A DNA stretch of 64,000 bases from Azolla caroliniana (lineage: Eukaryota > Plantae > Polypodiophyta), in NCBI GenBank assembly GCA_043228905.1, contig JBHGNT010000017.1, positions 4,526,001 through 4,590,000 on the forward strand, written 5' to 3'. Below the pieces are notes generated by a model, which worked only from the letters and a program-made list of their open reading frames with translations, ran no database searches and was not told the DNA's origin. Made by a program: the position numbers and the translations under genes. Numbering within the stretch: position 1 is the first letter of the stretch; each line of letters opens with the position of its first letter. This document shows positions 1-10,796 of the stretch, in pieces.

Positions 1-3000
1 GATCATCCATGTATACGATGATGATAATTAGGCTTCTAGAGTCGTGTCATATGTATAGGCAGTTGTCGGATTTCGACATTCGAAAGCCGATTTGATGAAG
101 ATATTGCGTAATCTTCGAATGCCAAGCACGCGGAGCTTGTTTGTGGCTGTAGAGAGGCTTCTTGAGTTGGTATACGGCTTTTGGATGAATGCGCGATTTA
201 AAGCCGGGTGGTTGTACCATGTACACCTCCTCGTCTAATTCGCCTTGAAGAAAGGCGTTCTTGACGTCCATTTGGTGGAGGTGCCGCCCTTTTGCCGCTG
301 CAAGTGCAATCACGGTCCGGACCGTCGTCATCTTTGCCACCGGGGAAAAGGTCTCTTCATAGTCGATTCCATGTGTTTGTGCGTATCCTTTCGCTACGAG
401 TCGAGCTTTGTAATGGTTTACAAAGCCGTCGGCATTATACTTCACCTTGTAGATCCATCTGCAACCAATTGCCTTCTTGTGCGGTGAGTGGGGAACGAGA
501 TCCCATATCTCGTTCTTGGAGAGTGCTTGCATCTCCTCATTCATCGCTTCAACCCATCTGGGGTTTGTCGCGGCTTCGGAAAACGTTTCCGGCTCCCGTA
601 CTATCACTACCTTCATCATAAAAGCATAATGGTACACCATATAATTGTTGTAGCCGAATCAGCTTACGGGGTTCTTTTCACGGGTGGATCGGCGGAGCTT
701 CTCGTTTGCGGATACTATGGCTTTCTCCGCTCCATTTGTTTGGATCTCAAGGCCTTCAAACTCACTATCGAGGGAGTGAGTCGATTCGTTGCCGTCGAAG
801 TGATCGTCTTCATACTCCAGCATTTTCGCCTTCCTTTTGTCCATCTTCGAACTCGGCCGAGATGTACTTTGATCGCTCGGGGGCTCTTGTGGCCCACTAA
901 GCCTTGTCGTAATTGGGCTTTCTTTGAATATGTGCGTCAGTCAATCTTCGGCTTCTATCTCTATTTCGGCGGAATCTAGGTCGAGCAAAATCAAAGTCAA
1001 AGTTGTCTCTGGTACGTACCAGGATGCGGCTCGTCAAAAACGACATCTCGACTTACTCAAGATTTTCGAGTTGAGGGGTTGTAGCACTTGTACCCCTTTT
1101 GCTCCAGTGAGTATCCTACGAGGATAGATTTCTCCGACTTCAGGTCGAGCTTTTGACGCTTCTCGTTGGGGATGTGCATGTACGCAATGGAGCCGAATAT
1201 CCGAACATGCGAAGGGTCCGACTTCTTTCCGAAGATCTTCTCGTGCGGAGTAAGTTCATGCACACCCAATGTCGTACACCGATTCATGAGATAGACGGTC
1301 GTGTTAGCTACTTCCGCCCAATACGATTTCGGCATGTGCTTTTCCTTAAGCATAGCCCATGCCACTTCGAGGATGTGCCGATTCTTGCGTTCGGAAACAC
1401 CGAAAATTCGTCGGAGAAGTACTCCTTGCCTCCATCCGACCGAAGATATCGTACATGTCAGCCTGTGGCTTTCTCGACTTCATTCTTAAATTTTTGGAAG
1501 CGTCTGAACACTTCGCTCTTTTGTCGCATGGGGTAGATCCAAGTGTGCATGGAGAAGTCGTCGATGAAGGCCATGTAGTATCGGCATCCTCCGAATGTAG
1601 CCGTCTGAGTCGGACCCCATACATCGGAATGAATTAGGTCGAGTACGCCTTTGCTCATGTTCCCCTCCTTCGGAAATGGGTGCCGATATTGCTTGCCGAA
1701 TTGCCAAGCGGCACACACACCTTCAATCTCTTTCTCTGTGAATGTCGGGAGCCCGATGACGACTCCTTTCGATTGCATTGCCTTGAGCTTTTGGAGGTTG
1801 ATATGGCCAATCCGCTTGTGCCACAACTCTATGTCGGAATCGGCTTTCATGCCCTTTGCAAACATGGCCGATTTCATCTTGTGTGAGTCGAGAATGAACA
1901 TCCGGCCCTCTCTTCGTCCGCGAGCGATGAGTCGGCCCTCTTTTTCGATGAAGCAACCGCCTTTGATTAAATCGTACTTGCATTCTTTGCTCTACAATTT
2001 GGCCAACGGAGACCAAATTCTTCGTGATAGTTGGTACATGCAAGACATTTTTAATATAAGTTTGCTTGCCTTCTTCTCCGAACGGAACATTGCCGATGTG
2101 TTGAATCGGGTGCGTAGTGTCGTCTCCGGTTTCAACATATTTGGGTCGGTCTAGCTCTCAAAGTTCTCGGAACCATTCTTGATGCAATGTCATATGGTTT
2201 GAGGCACCGGAATCGACGAACCATACGTCTTCTGAACCGGAGGCACTAGTAGAAGTAGAGGCTAACATAGAATTCGCTCTATGTCTCATCACGAACATTC
2301 CGCCGCGATCGTCATAAGTCGGAGTTGATGGCGTAGTTGGTGAGTTGTCAGCTAGTGGAAGCCGACTCACGTATCTTCTTACGGCATTCTTCATCATGGT
2401 GACCAATTTTTCTGCAATATCCGCATTCGACTGAGCTTTGTCAGTTCGGACCGGAATGGAACCTCCCCCTTCTTCTGAAGGTTCCTCGATGGCTTCCATC
2501 TTGATGCCAAAATTGCGAGTTGTTTTTGTAAGTTGGGCCTCGTCCGCCTCGTCCTTGGCCAAATCGGCCTCTTCTTGCACGGTCGCGTCCTCTTCCTCCG
2601 TCCGAATGCATGTAGAGCATGTGGCCTTACAAGGCGTTGTTCCTCGTTCGAACATGGTTTTCTTCAACCAACAACATAGATTGAAGATCAAAGAAGGAGG
2701 GTGGATTCTCTAGTGCTAGTACAGCGGTCCGCATCGCGCCGAATCGTGGTGCAAGGCCGTCGAGGCATATTTGCACCATCTCATCATCGTCCACATTGAC
2801 GCTTATCGAGCCAAGAGAGTCGCAAAGCTCCTTGATCTTCAAGGTGTAGCTTGTGATGGACATATCCCTTTGTTGGATGTTGTTCAACTCTTGGTGGAGT
2901 TGAAGCTTTCTCGCGGTAGTGTTGGCGGCGAAAATCTTTCGTAGATTCTCCCACGCTTCCTTCGGCGTCTCGGCTTCTCGAATGTACCCGAGCATGTGGT

Positions 3001-3378
3001 CATGAACACATGTCGCCAAGAAATACATCACTCATCTTGCCGCTTGCTTTGCTCCCAAGTTGCATAGTCGGCGTCTTTCGGGTCGGGTCGGTTTTCTTGT
3101 GCTCCCTTGATGTAAGTCCAATAGCCTTGGCCGAGAAGGTATTGGTGCATCTTGTACTCCCAAGATGCAAAGTTGTTGCGATCCAACTTCTCGCTAGGGA
3201 GAGCGCTCCCTTTGAGTATTCATTGTCTATTAAGCTTCCTTTCTTCTTTTCCTTCTCTCTCAAACACGATCAATGATGTGGTACTACGATAGCGATGAGC
3301 CGGTTCTTCTTGAACGTCGGCGTAGAGCACAACACACGATCACGAAGAGGCGAGTGGGCTAGATCGAGCTACCAAATC
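1..3378 (-). mobile_element. Ty1/Copia LTR retrotransposon internal region (gag-PR-IN-RT), frameshifted/degenerate, runs off window start
   Basis: Minus-strand ORF pieces: gag (AKEAW-like 'PKEAWENLRKIF'), protease 'WFVDSGASNHM', GAG-pre-integrase 'LWHKRIGH', integrase 'LIHSDVWGP..FIDDFS', RT 'IGCRWIYKVK..KARLVAKGYAQ..HQMDVKNAFLQG'. Split over several frames. Confidence 0.95.
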
Positions 3379-3390
3379 GCTCTGATACCA
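3379..3390 (-). promoter_or_regulatory. Primer binding site (tRNA-iMet) of the Copia element
   Basis: + strand gctctgatacca = TGGTATCAGAGC on minus strand, directly abutting the LTR TG. Confidence 0.9.
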
Positions 3391-3811
3391 TGTAAAGAAT
3401 CGATGGTGATTCTTGTGTAGCGGAAGAGATGTGTGTTATGTGTATGTGTGAGAGGAATTAGAGGAGAGATGAGAGAACACAAGATAGGTAGAAAAAGGAA
3501 TGCTCAAGAAGAAGGTGTATATTTCACAAGTAGAATAGAGATACAAAATTGTAGCATTACAAGGAGTCACAACCGACTTAGTATGAAGTATGAGGAGGAT
3601 GCTTTATATAGAGTCACCCTCTCTCTTCATTAACTTTACAACAACCACTCTCTCTCTTGGGGAATGTGAAGACTCATATTCATGGGGAATATGTAACTCA
3701 TTAGTTATGTGTCATAGAATATGATTCTATGACACATAGTTAATGTGTAGAGAGTAGTGGTGTGACTCTTGAACTTTGAGTAATCATGGATTCTCAAAAG
3801 GTGTGTTCACA
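3391..3811 (-). mobile_element. 5' LTR of the Copia element (~420 bp)
   Basis: tgtaaa...ttcaca termini, adjacent to the PBS; minus-strand TATA (ctctatataaagc) near 3601-3613. Confidence 0.8.
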
Positions 3812-4060
3812 CGTTGCACTATGTTGAGCTTGATTCTCAACAGTATCCAAATCTAGGTGATAGAATGCATGTCCAAGAAATTGCACATCGACGATTTTTC
3901 CTATCCTATATTGGGAAGCCACTTGGAGGAGATCTCTCAAATCTCCTCTATTCGGCCTTAAACCTGTAACCCTACACACTATTGAGTAGGAATGTAAACG
4001 CCTTACCTCTCTTTTCAACATCGCTTCCTCTTCCAGTGTGAAGACAACAGTGTTGGATCA
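3812..4060 (-). mobile_element. LINE (L1-like) ORF1 fragment, DUF4283-like, interrupted by the Copia insertion
   Basis: Translation 'SIVCRVTGLRPNRGDLRDLLQ...IGKIVDVQFLGHAFYHLDL' resembles the plant L1 ORF1 RRM; it is cut off at the LTR edge. Confidence 0.6.
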
Positions 4061-5959
4061 TATTGCCATTGTAAATATTGTCTTTTGATCACGACCTCCT
4101 TTTAAAGGAAGATTATGATTCTCTTCCAAAGCAAGAGTTGTTATAATGTGACCTATTTATCAAGTAACAATCTTTTATCTATACTTCAAAATGCCATTAT
4201 CTTCCACCATTGACTTCTAGAGATCAAAATTTGAATGCATTTTTAGAAGAAATTATATGGTTCCATGCTCAAGTCACATAAACATGTGAACCATATCTTA
4301 ATTGGTTACTACACCTAAATCTATTATTGAAACATTGCAATGTTCTATCTTCCATCGCAAAAGCTTGTGTGGGTGTAGACACGGTCATTTGTAAACGCAT
4401 ACACAAACACACATTTTTTACCATGATATGATACATTACTTGCGAGAAACCTCAATGTGAAATGAAATCTCATGAAAATGACCATAGTGAAATGCCGAGT
4501 ATATTGATGTAATTGTCTTAAGAGTACAAATGTTAAAACAAGGTGACATTTTGAGACATAACAAGTTACAAGAATAAAATATCTCTTACCTAAATGTACA
4601 ATATGCATGTGAAATAAATCGTGAGTTTGTCTAGGTTACACATAATCTGATTGATTATAAGATATCAATGAAGATCCAAAAGGCCCACATTTGACTCATG
4701 CAAAGAAATTTTCAACCGATTGATCAACTTGAGGTATCTTGCCATCTACAAAAATCATAATCTCTATGTCATGGGTGGTTTGATGTTTGTACAAAGACAA
4801 TTGTTTTGCATACAAGTGTACAATTTCATCAACATGTATGCATTGCAGGCGTGTTCCATCGAGATTTCACCATTACTCATATAGATCAAAGTCTAAATAT
4901 ATAAACTTTTGAAGAACTACTTGTTCCTATGTCAAGGAGAATATTGACCTTCTCCATAAATATACTAATAGCCTTCATTTCCGCCATATACATATACATA
5001 AATACATACACGAATATATGCATACACATACCATTTCATTATGGTAGGATTTGACGGGGCTTTGTAAACATCACATGTTGAGTAAATTTTGTTTGACATT
5101 TTCATAAGACTTGAGGGAAATTTAAGTTTTGGCCGGTTCATATGTAGACAAATAACTTTGTAAAACATGTGTTCAAAGCAAAAACATGATACATAAGTTT
5201 TAGGGATAATAGAACTAGTACATACATAGTTATACATGAGTCATTGATGATGACAACAATCCACAATGTGGGTCTTGGGTAGTAGATATCATGATTTAGA
5301 AATCTATAGCATATACAAAATATATGCAAGCATTTTACTGTTTCATGGCTCTGAGCATTTTATTCTATCATAACTCCTCAATCTATCACGACATAGTGAC
5401 ATCAAATATATAGTTGGTTAGGATTGAACCTGCAACCTCACATCAACGACATGTCACGCTCAACCACTTTGACATGACCGTACATTTGTATATAATATAT
5501 ATGTAGTATTCTATAGTCTACTGTATAATACACCTCAAAATCAGAATATTCTAGACGTTAGTATATTCTAGAGATATTGTATGGTATATTCTAGATGAGT
5601 ATATTCTAGAGATATTCAATCTCAGAACTTGTATATAAACACTTGTAACCTTCTTGTATTCATGCTCTTCTATCATTCCCATCTTCTTAAGTTCCATGCT
5701 CTTAGCCCCATCATCCGTGCTTCGTCCCAGTCCGCGCTTGGTGTGTCCGTGACAGTTTGAATCCCCCCCAATTGGAAGCACCAACCATCTTCGTCATCAC
5801 CTTTGCTTCTAGGGTTACCATCATCACCGTCCTTGCTTTCGGAGTTACTGTCATTAACCTCCTTGTCTTCAACGTCATCATTTTCAGCACCTCTTCGCCC
5901 AACCATCGTCGTCATCAACACTACTTGTCATCATTTTTAGGTATTGTTTTGCATCACGG

Positions 5960-7470
5960 TTTTGGTGAGGAGTGCTTTCGATCACTCACCTTCCTAGTTC
6001 TGGTGGGGGTCACAACCGCTCACTTTCCTACTTCAAGTCTTGCGCCACTTTCTGTTGGTGAGGACCGATTTCGATCGCTCACCTTCTAGTTTCGTCTTCC
6101 AGTTCTCAGTGAGGGCCGCATGGTTGCTCACGCCCGTTCGTGTTTTTGATGAGGATCGCACATGGTCTCTCACGTTCCAATTCCCGATGAGGGCCACACA
6201 TGGTCACTCACTCCCGTTTGTTAGGATTTCGGTCCCTCCGGATGGGATATGAGTACCCGACAATGAAGGCCCGATGAGAACCGGATGATGAAGGCCCCGT
6301 GAGAACCTCTCACCGGATGAAGGGACATATATGTAAATATGTTCCAGAGAGCCCACTGGGGCCATATTTGTAAATAGCCCGAAATTCATATTAGTATAAA
6401 TATGACCTAGGGCAAACAGTGTGTAGTAGTCATTATTTTGTATAGAGTTATTGGTGTAACTGTTGTACAAAGCCTAGCAGAAGAAAAGAGAGAGAGACAG
6501 AGAGACAGAGAGAGACAGAGTGAGTCTCTGTTGTAACTGCCGCCAGGCGAAGATTGAGAGCAAGAGGTTGTGGCCTCTGTGTTCATCTATTGTATTCCTC
6601 TCTACATAGTGATAGTTGGAGTTTGGGGACTCCTGTGGTTTTTCCCATTTAGGGTTTTCCACGTTAACATCCTGTGCATTCTCTTCTGTCTGTGTACTTA
6701 CTTCCATTTCTTATCTTTCTGTGTGTGATTATCATTGAAGTGATCTAAGGTGTGGTTGTGGTCGAAGATTATTCCGCATAGTTCCTGTCACCGTTCGTGT
6801 TCTAGTCTTCGGTGAGGACCGCACATGGTTGCTCACTCCAGCTATTGTTCGTGTTCCAAATCCCGTCGAGGACCAACATGGTAGCTCATGCCTGTTGTTG
6901 TTCATGTCCCAACTCTCAGCGAGGACCAACATGGTCTATCATGTCCGTTGGTGTTCATGTCCCAACTCTCAGCGAGGACCGACATGGTCTATCATGTCCG
7001 TTGGTGTTCGTGTCCCAACTCTCAGCGAGGACCGACATGGTCTATCATGCCCGTTGGTGTTCGTGTTCCCTGTGAGGACCGCACATGGTCACTCACTCTC
7101 GTTCGTGTTCCAGTCTCCAATGAGGTCCGCACATGGTCGCTCACTCCAGCTATTGTTCGTGTTCTAGATCCTAGCGAGGACCAACATGGTCATTCATGCC
7201 CATTGTTATTCATGTTCCAGTTCCCTGTGAGGTTCGCACATGGTCACTCACTCTCTTTCGTGTTCCAATCTCCAGTAAGGTCCGCACATTGTCACTCACT
7301 CCAGCTATTGTTCGTGTTCCAGATCTCGGCGAGGACCGACATGGTCTCTCATGCCCGTTGGTGTTCGTGTTCCCTCTGACGACCGCACATGGTCGCTCAC
7401 GCATGTTGGTATTCGTGTTCCAGTCCCAGGCGAGGACCTCACATGGTCACTCATGCCTGTTGGTGTTCAA
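5960..7470 (+). repeat. Degenerate tandem minisatellite, ~43-60 bp units (core GAGGACCGCACATGGTC.CTCA...GTTCGTGTTCC)
   Basis: More than 15 recognisable units; the repetitive ORFs at 6812-7552 are by-products; the array is interrupted by a solo LTR. Confidence 0.9.
6219..6790 (+). mobile_element. Solo LTR (572 bp, Copia-type) with 5-bp TSD CCGTT
   Basis: TGTTAGGA...TCCTGTCA termini; ccgtt at 6214-6218 and 6791-6795; internal TATA (tataaata); U5 motif gtggtttttccc..agggttttccacgt. Confidence 0.9.
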
Positions 7471-7875
7471 TACCTCGTGTTCTAGAAGGGTTACTCCTTG
7501 TCTAGGCTTTACAAAATACTTTGGAGGTGGTCTAAGATTTTCATCAATCTAGTATCCCCTTAAGCCAAGGACCGGTTTGGGAAGGCGGTGTAAGAGGGAG
7601 GATAATGTCACATCCTAGACTTGAACCTCTGATTTTTAACACACATAGTACATTGTGTTGTGTTAACCATATGGAAACTCTTGTGAATTGTCCACATTCG
7701 ATTGTGAACTTGTATATATTGTAGAGTCTAGTGTATAGTACATTCGAGAATATTCTAGTCATTAGTATATTCTAGAATTATTCTATGGTATATTCTAAAC
7801 GGGTATATTCTCAAGTATATTCTAGAGATATTCAATCACGGAACTTGTATAAATACTTGTAACCTTCAAGGGATT

Positions 7876-8928
7876 CAAGAAGGTTACAAGTATTTATACA
7901 AGTTCCGAGATTGAATATCTCTAGAATATACTCATCCAGAATATATCGTACAATATCTCTAGAATATACTAACGACTAGAATATTTTGATTCTGAGATGT
8001 ATTATACACTAGACTATAGAATACTACACTATCATATACAAATGTATAGTCATGTCCATGGTTGTTTACGTACCCGTATTTAACGTTTAAATACGTATAA
8101 TACCTCATAATTTGTATAGTACGTACTATACCTAAATGTTGTTTAGTCAAATATCATGTACATTTGTCTAATACGGTATTTAACATACATTTGAAAAAAC
8201 AAGTATAATACGTATTTATAAAAAAATGTAAGTAAAACCTCAACAAAAAGCAAAAGAAAAAAAAAATTGTGAAAAAGAATAAAGAAAGAAGAATAGAAGA
8301 GATGACGACGATGAAGAAGAAGAAGAAGAATAAGAATAAGAGAGAAAAGAAGACAAAAACTTGTCTTGACTCTGACTGTGATAATAATAGAAGAGAGAAG
8401 AAGATTATGAAGAAGAGAGAAAGGAAGACAAAAACTTATCATGAGTGTGATAATCGTAGATGATTCCTCAATCTATGAAGGCATAATCGTAAATAATTAC
8501 AATTTGAAATAGAACATCGTGATACACACTTAAATTAATTTATAGAATAAGTGAATGTCGACATCCATATTATCAGAATTTTAGGATGTGAAATGTTCAA
8601 ATGTCTTATATGCATTTTAGGATGTAGAACTATAATGTGCATCACAAAATTGTGTAAACATAGATGCTTTTTACAATATTACAAATATTTTTTAGAAAGG
8701 TAAATAATTTTTCAAATTCTAGAAGTATTTAACGTACTATACGTGACATACATATTTTATAAGTATTTAACATATTAAAAAACGTATTTTTAAATTGGAA
8801 GGTACTATATGCGTATTAATACGTTATATATGTATGGTATCCGTACCGTATCTAATGTACCCAACAACCTTGGTCATGTCAAAGTGGTTAGAGCATGACA
8901 TCTTGTTGATGTGAGGTTGTCGATTCAA
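7876..8928 (-). mobile_element. Inverted partial LTR copy (same family as 5384-5754), split by a MITE
   Basis: 7876-8056 plus 8881-8928 is the reverse complement of ~5422-5655. Confidence 0.8.
8057..8872. mobile_element. hAT-type MITE (816 bp), 8-bp TSD GTCATGTC
   Basis: TIR CATGGTTGTT...AACAACCTTG; gtcatgtc duplicated at 8049-8056 and 8873-8880; AT-rich non-coding interior with repeated (t)acgta subterminal motifs. Confidence 0.85.
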
Positions 8929-9721
8929 AACATAAGTAGAAGTGAATTAAGGAGGTACAAATTAATAAAAAAATAGGAAGGAAACAATGCAATGGATAAG
9001 GAAATGATGGAGGAATAAACTCTAAAAAAATCATACTATTGAGAAAAATAAAAGAATAAAAGAAAAATAAAAGAAGAATGCATTCACATCACACAAGAGA
9101 GCTTCCATTGAAAACCCACGCACAACCCTCTCACCTTACCTATTTCTTTCTTCTTCTTTGTTCCACCATTTCTACTACTTAAAATGTATTCATTATTTTT
9201 GTGTACATGTGTATTATTGTCAATAATTAATCTCTAAATTATATTTCATTTATACTGATTGATTGGGGGCAGCCCATCTCACAATCAAAAGAAATTCTAG
9301 ACAATAGCCTATTATTGCTGCAACTAATTGACAGAGGTATAATGTCTACTCTACCAACTACAAAGTTACATTTGCAAGAAGAAAAAATAAAAAGAAATCC
9401 AATGTGCAACGAAAGAGCAAACATGTTTCCAACCAATCAAGAGAAAAGTGTATAAGCTAAAGATATTTAAACCAAAGGGAAATTAATTATTGAAATAGAG
9501 ATGTGGTCCTTGTTTGTAGGAACATCCAAGTTTCGTAGTTCGGTGAATAAAGATGGCATCCAAATAGATCTCACCCAATATTGGTTGGCAAATGGGGCCT
9601 CTTTAATGGATGCATCTATTGTTTTCTACATACGTAGAGCACTATATTTCTCTCATTCTCTCTCTCACACACACATATCACTTCCGCTGCACATAATCAC
9701 TCTCGTTTATTTACATTAATT

Positions 9722-10245
9722 GTGTGATTACTTGGGGTGCGGTTAGGTGGGGCATTCTAGAGGGACAACTGTTGTTATATGAAAATGAGGATATAGTGGA
9801 AGCCTTTCACATAGTTCCTCCTCATGTACAAATGGTTCAACCTTTTATAAGTAATAGTTTGCAATTTAGGGATGATATTATTTGGAAGACAATTTCACCT
9901 ATTCTAATGTGGGTAATTTGGAAGGCGCGATGTACGTCAGTATTTGACAACACCACTCAGGATGTTTCTGTTATAATTGCTAAATTCTGGTTATTACTCA
10001 TTCATACACTACGTGGTCAGTATGAAAGTTTTACAGTCAATGCTAATGCCATTTCAGGAAGCAAATACATTTTAAACGGTTATGGGATTCAATGCTCATT
10101 TTTAGGGAAGATGGAGATCACATAATATGGACATATATTGTTCCCGTCATTTTGGGAAACAATGTCTATTAACTTTGTTTATTAACTTTTGTATTTCTTG
10201 TGATTTTATAATACCAAGGCGTATCTCTTTTCAATAATAAAAAAT
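9722..10245 (+). mobile_element. L1 LINE ORF2 3' end fragment (5'-truncated)
   Basis: 'ILMWVIWKARCTSVFD' matches the W.IWK.RN..VF motif at the plant L1 ORF2 C-terminus; it ends in an A-rich tail near 10235-10245. Confidence 0.7.
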
Positions 10246-10254
10246 CACTTAGTG

Positions 10255-10552
10255 CCTCCGAACACACACACACAAATATATTACATACCTACATATGCAC
10301 ATACATGCATGCATACATACATACACACATACATACATGCATACATACATGCATACATGTACATACATAAATACATACGTACGTACATACATACATGCAT
10401 GCACACGGACCATACAAAAGCTAACACAAGTTACAACGTCGAGCTAATGCGTTGCACATGCATATGCATTCATACATTACAGTACATATGTGATATGTAT
10501 GTCTGCATTACAATATATATATATATACATACATATTGTAATGCATATATAC

Positions 10553-10603
<51 letters not shown>

Positions 10604-10725
10604 GCGTTTGATCGAGAATCATTTGCATTATTACCGTCCGCGCCTTCATCGAGGTACATTTTCCGTATGTACATACATACATACGTATAAATATGTACGT
10701 ATATACGCACATACTGTACATGTAC
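10255..10725. repeat. (TACA)n/(TA)n microsatellite region
   Basis: Seen directly; it produces spurious Y/I/H-rich ORFs. Confidence 0.95.
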
Positions 10726-10796
10726 ATCTTTCTGTTTTGTTCCCTATACAGAGAGAATCATAGCAACCTGTCTACTGTTCCATCGAAGGCGGCGCT

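Larger units (their letters stand above)
5384..7868 (+). mobile_element. Non-autonomous LTR element (LARD/TRIM-like): 5' LTR 5384-5754, non-coding interior with minisatellite, PPT ~7592-7605, truncated 3' LTR 7606-7868
   Basis: t(a)tcacg...ccgtgaca termini; purine tract aagagggaggataa followed by TGTCACA; both LTRs share the (tatattctag) repeats and the 'gaacttgtat..aaa.acttgtaaccttc' block; no pol homology seen in the interior. Confidence 0.6.

Noticed and set aside
4100-5380. Possible decayed TE coding sequence
   Set aside because: Short ORFs without recognisable motifs.
6791-7470. Repeat array superficially resembling a CRISPR array
   Set aside because: The sequence between cores is itself repeated rather than unique spacers; no cas genes; eukaryotic retroelement context.
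10252-10727. Several Y/I/H-rich ORFs
   Set aside because: Translations of (TA)n/(TACA)n microsatellites.
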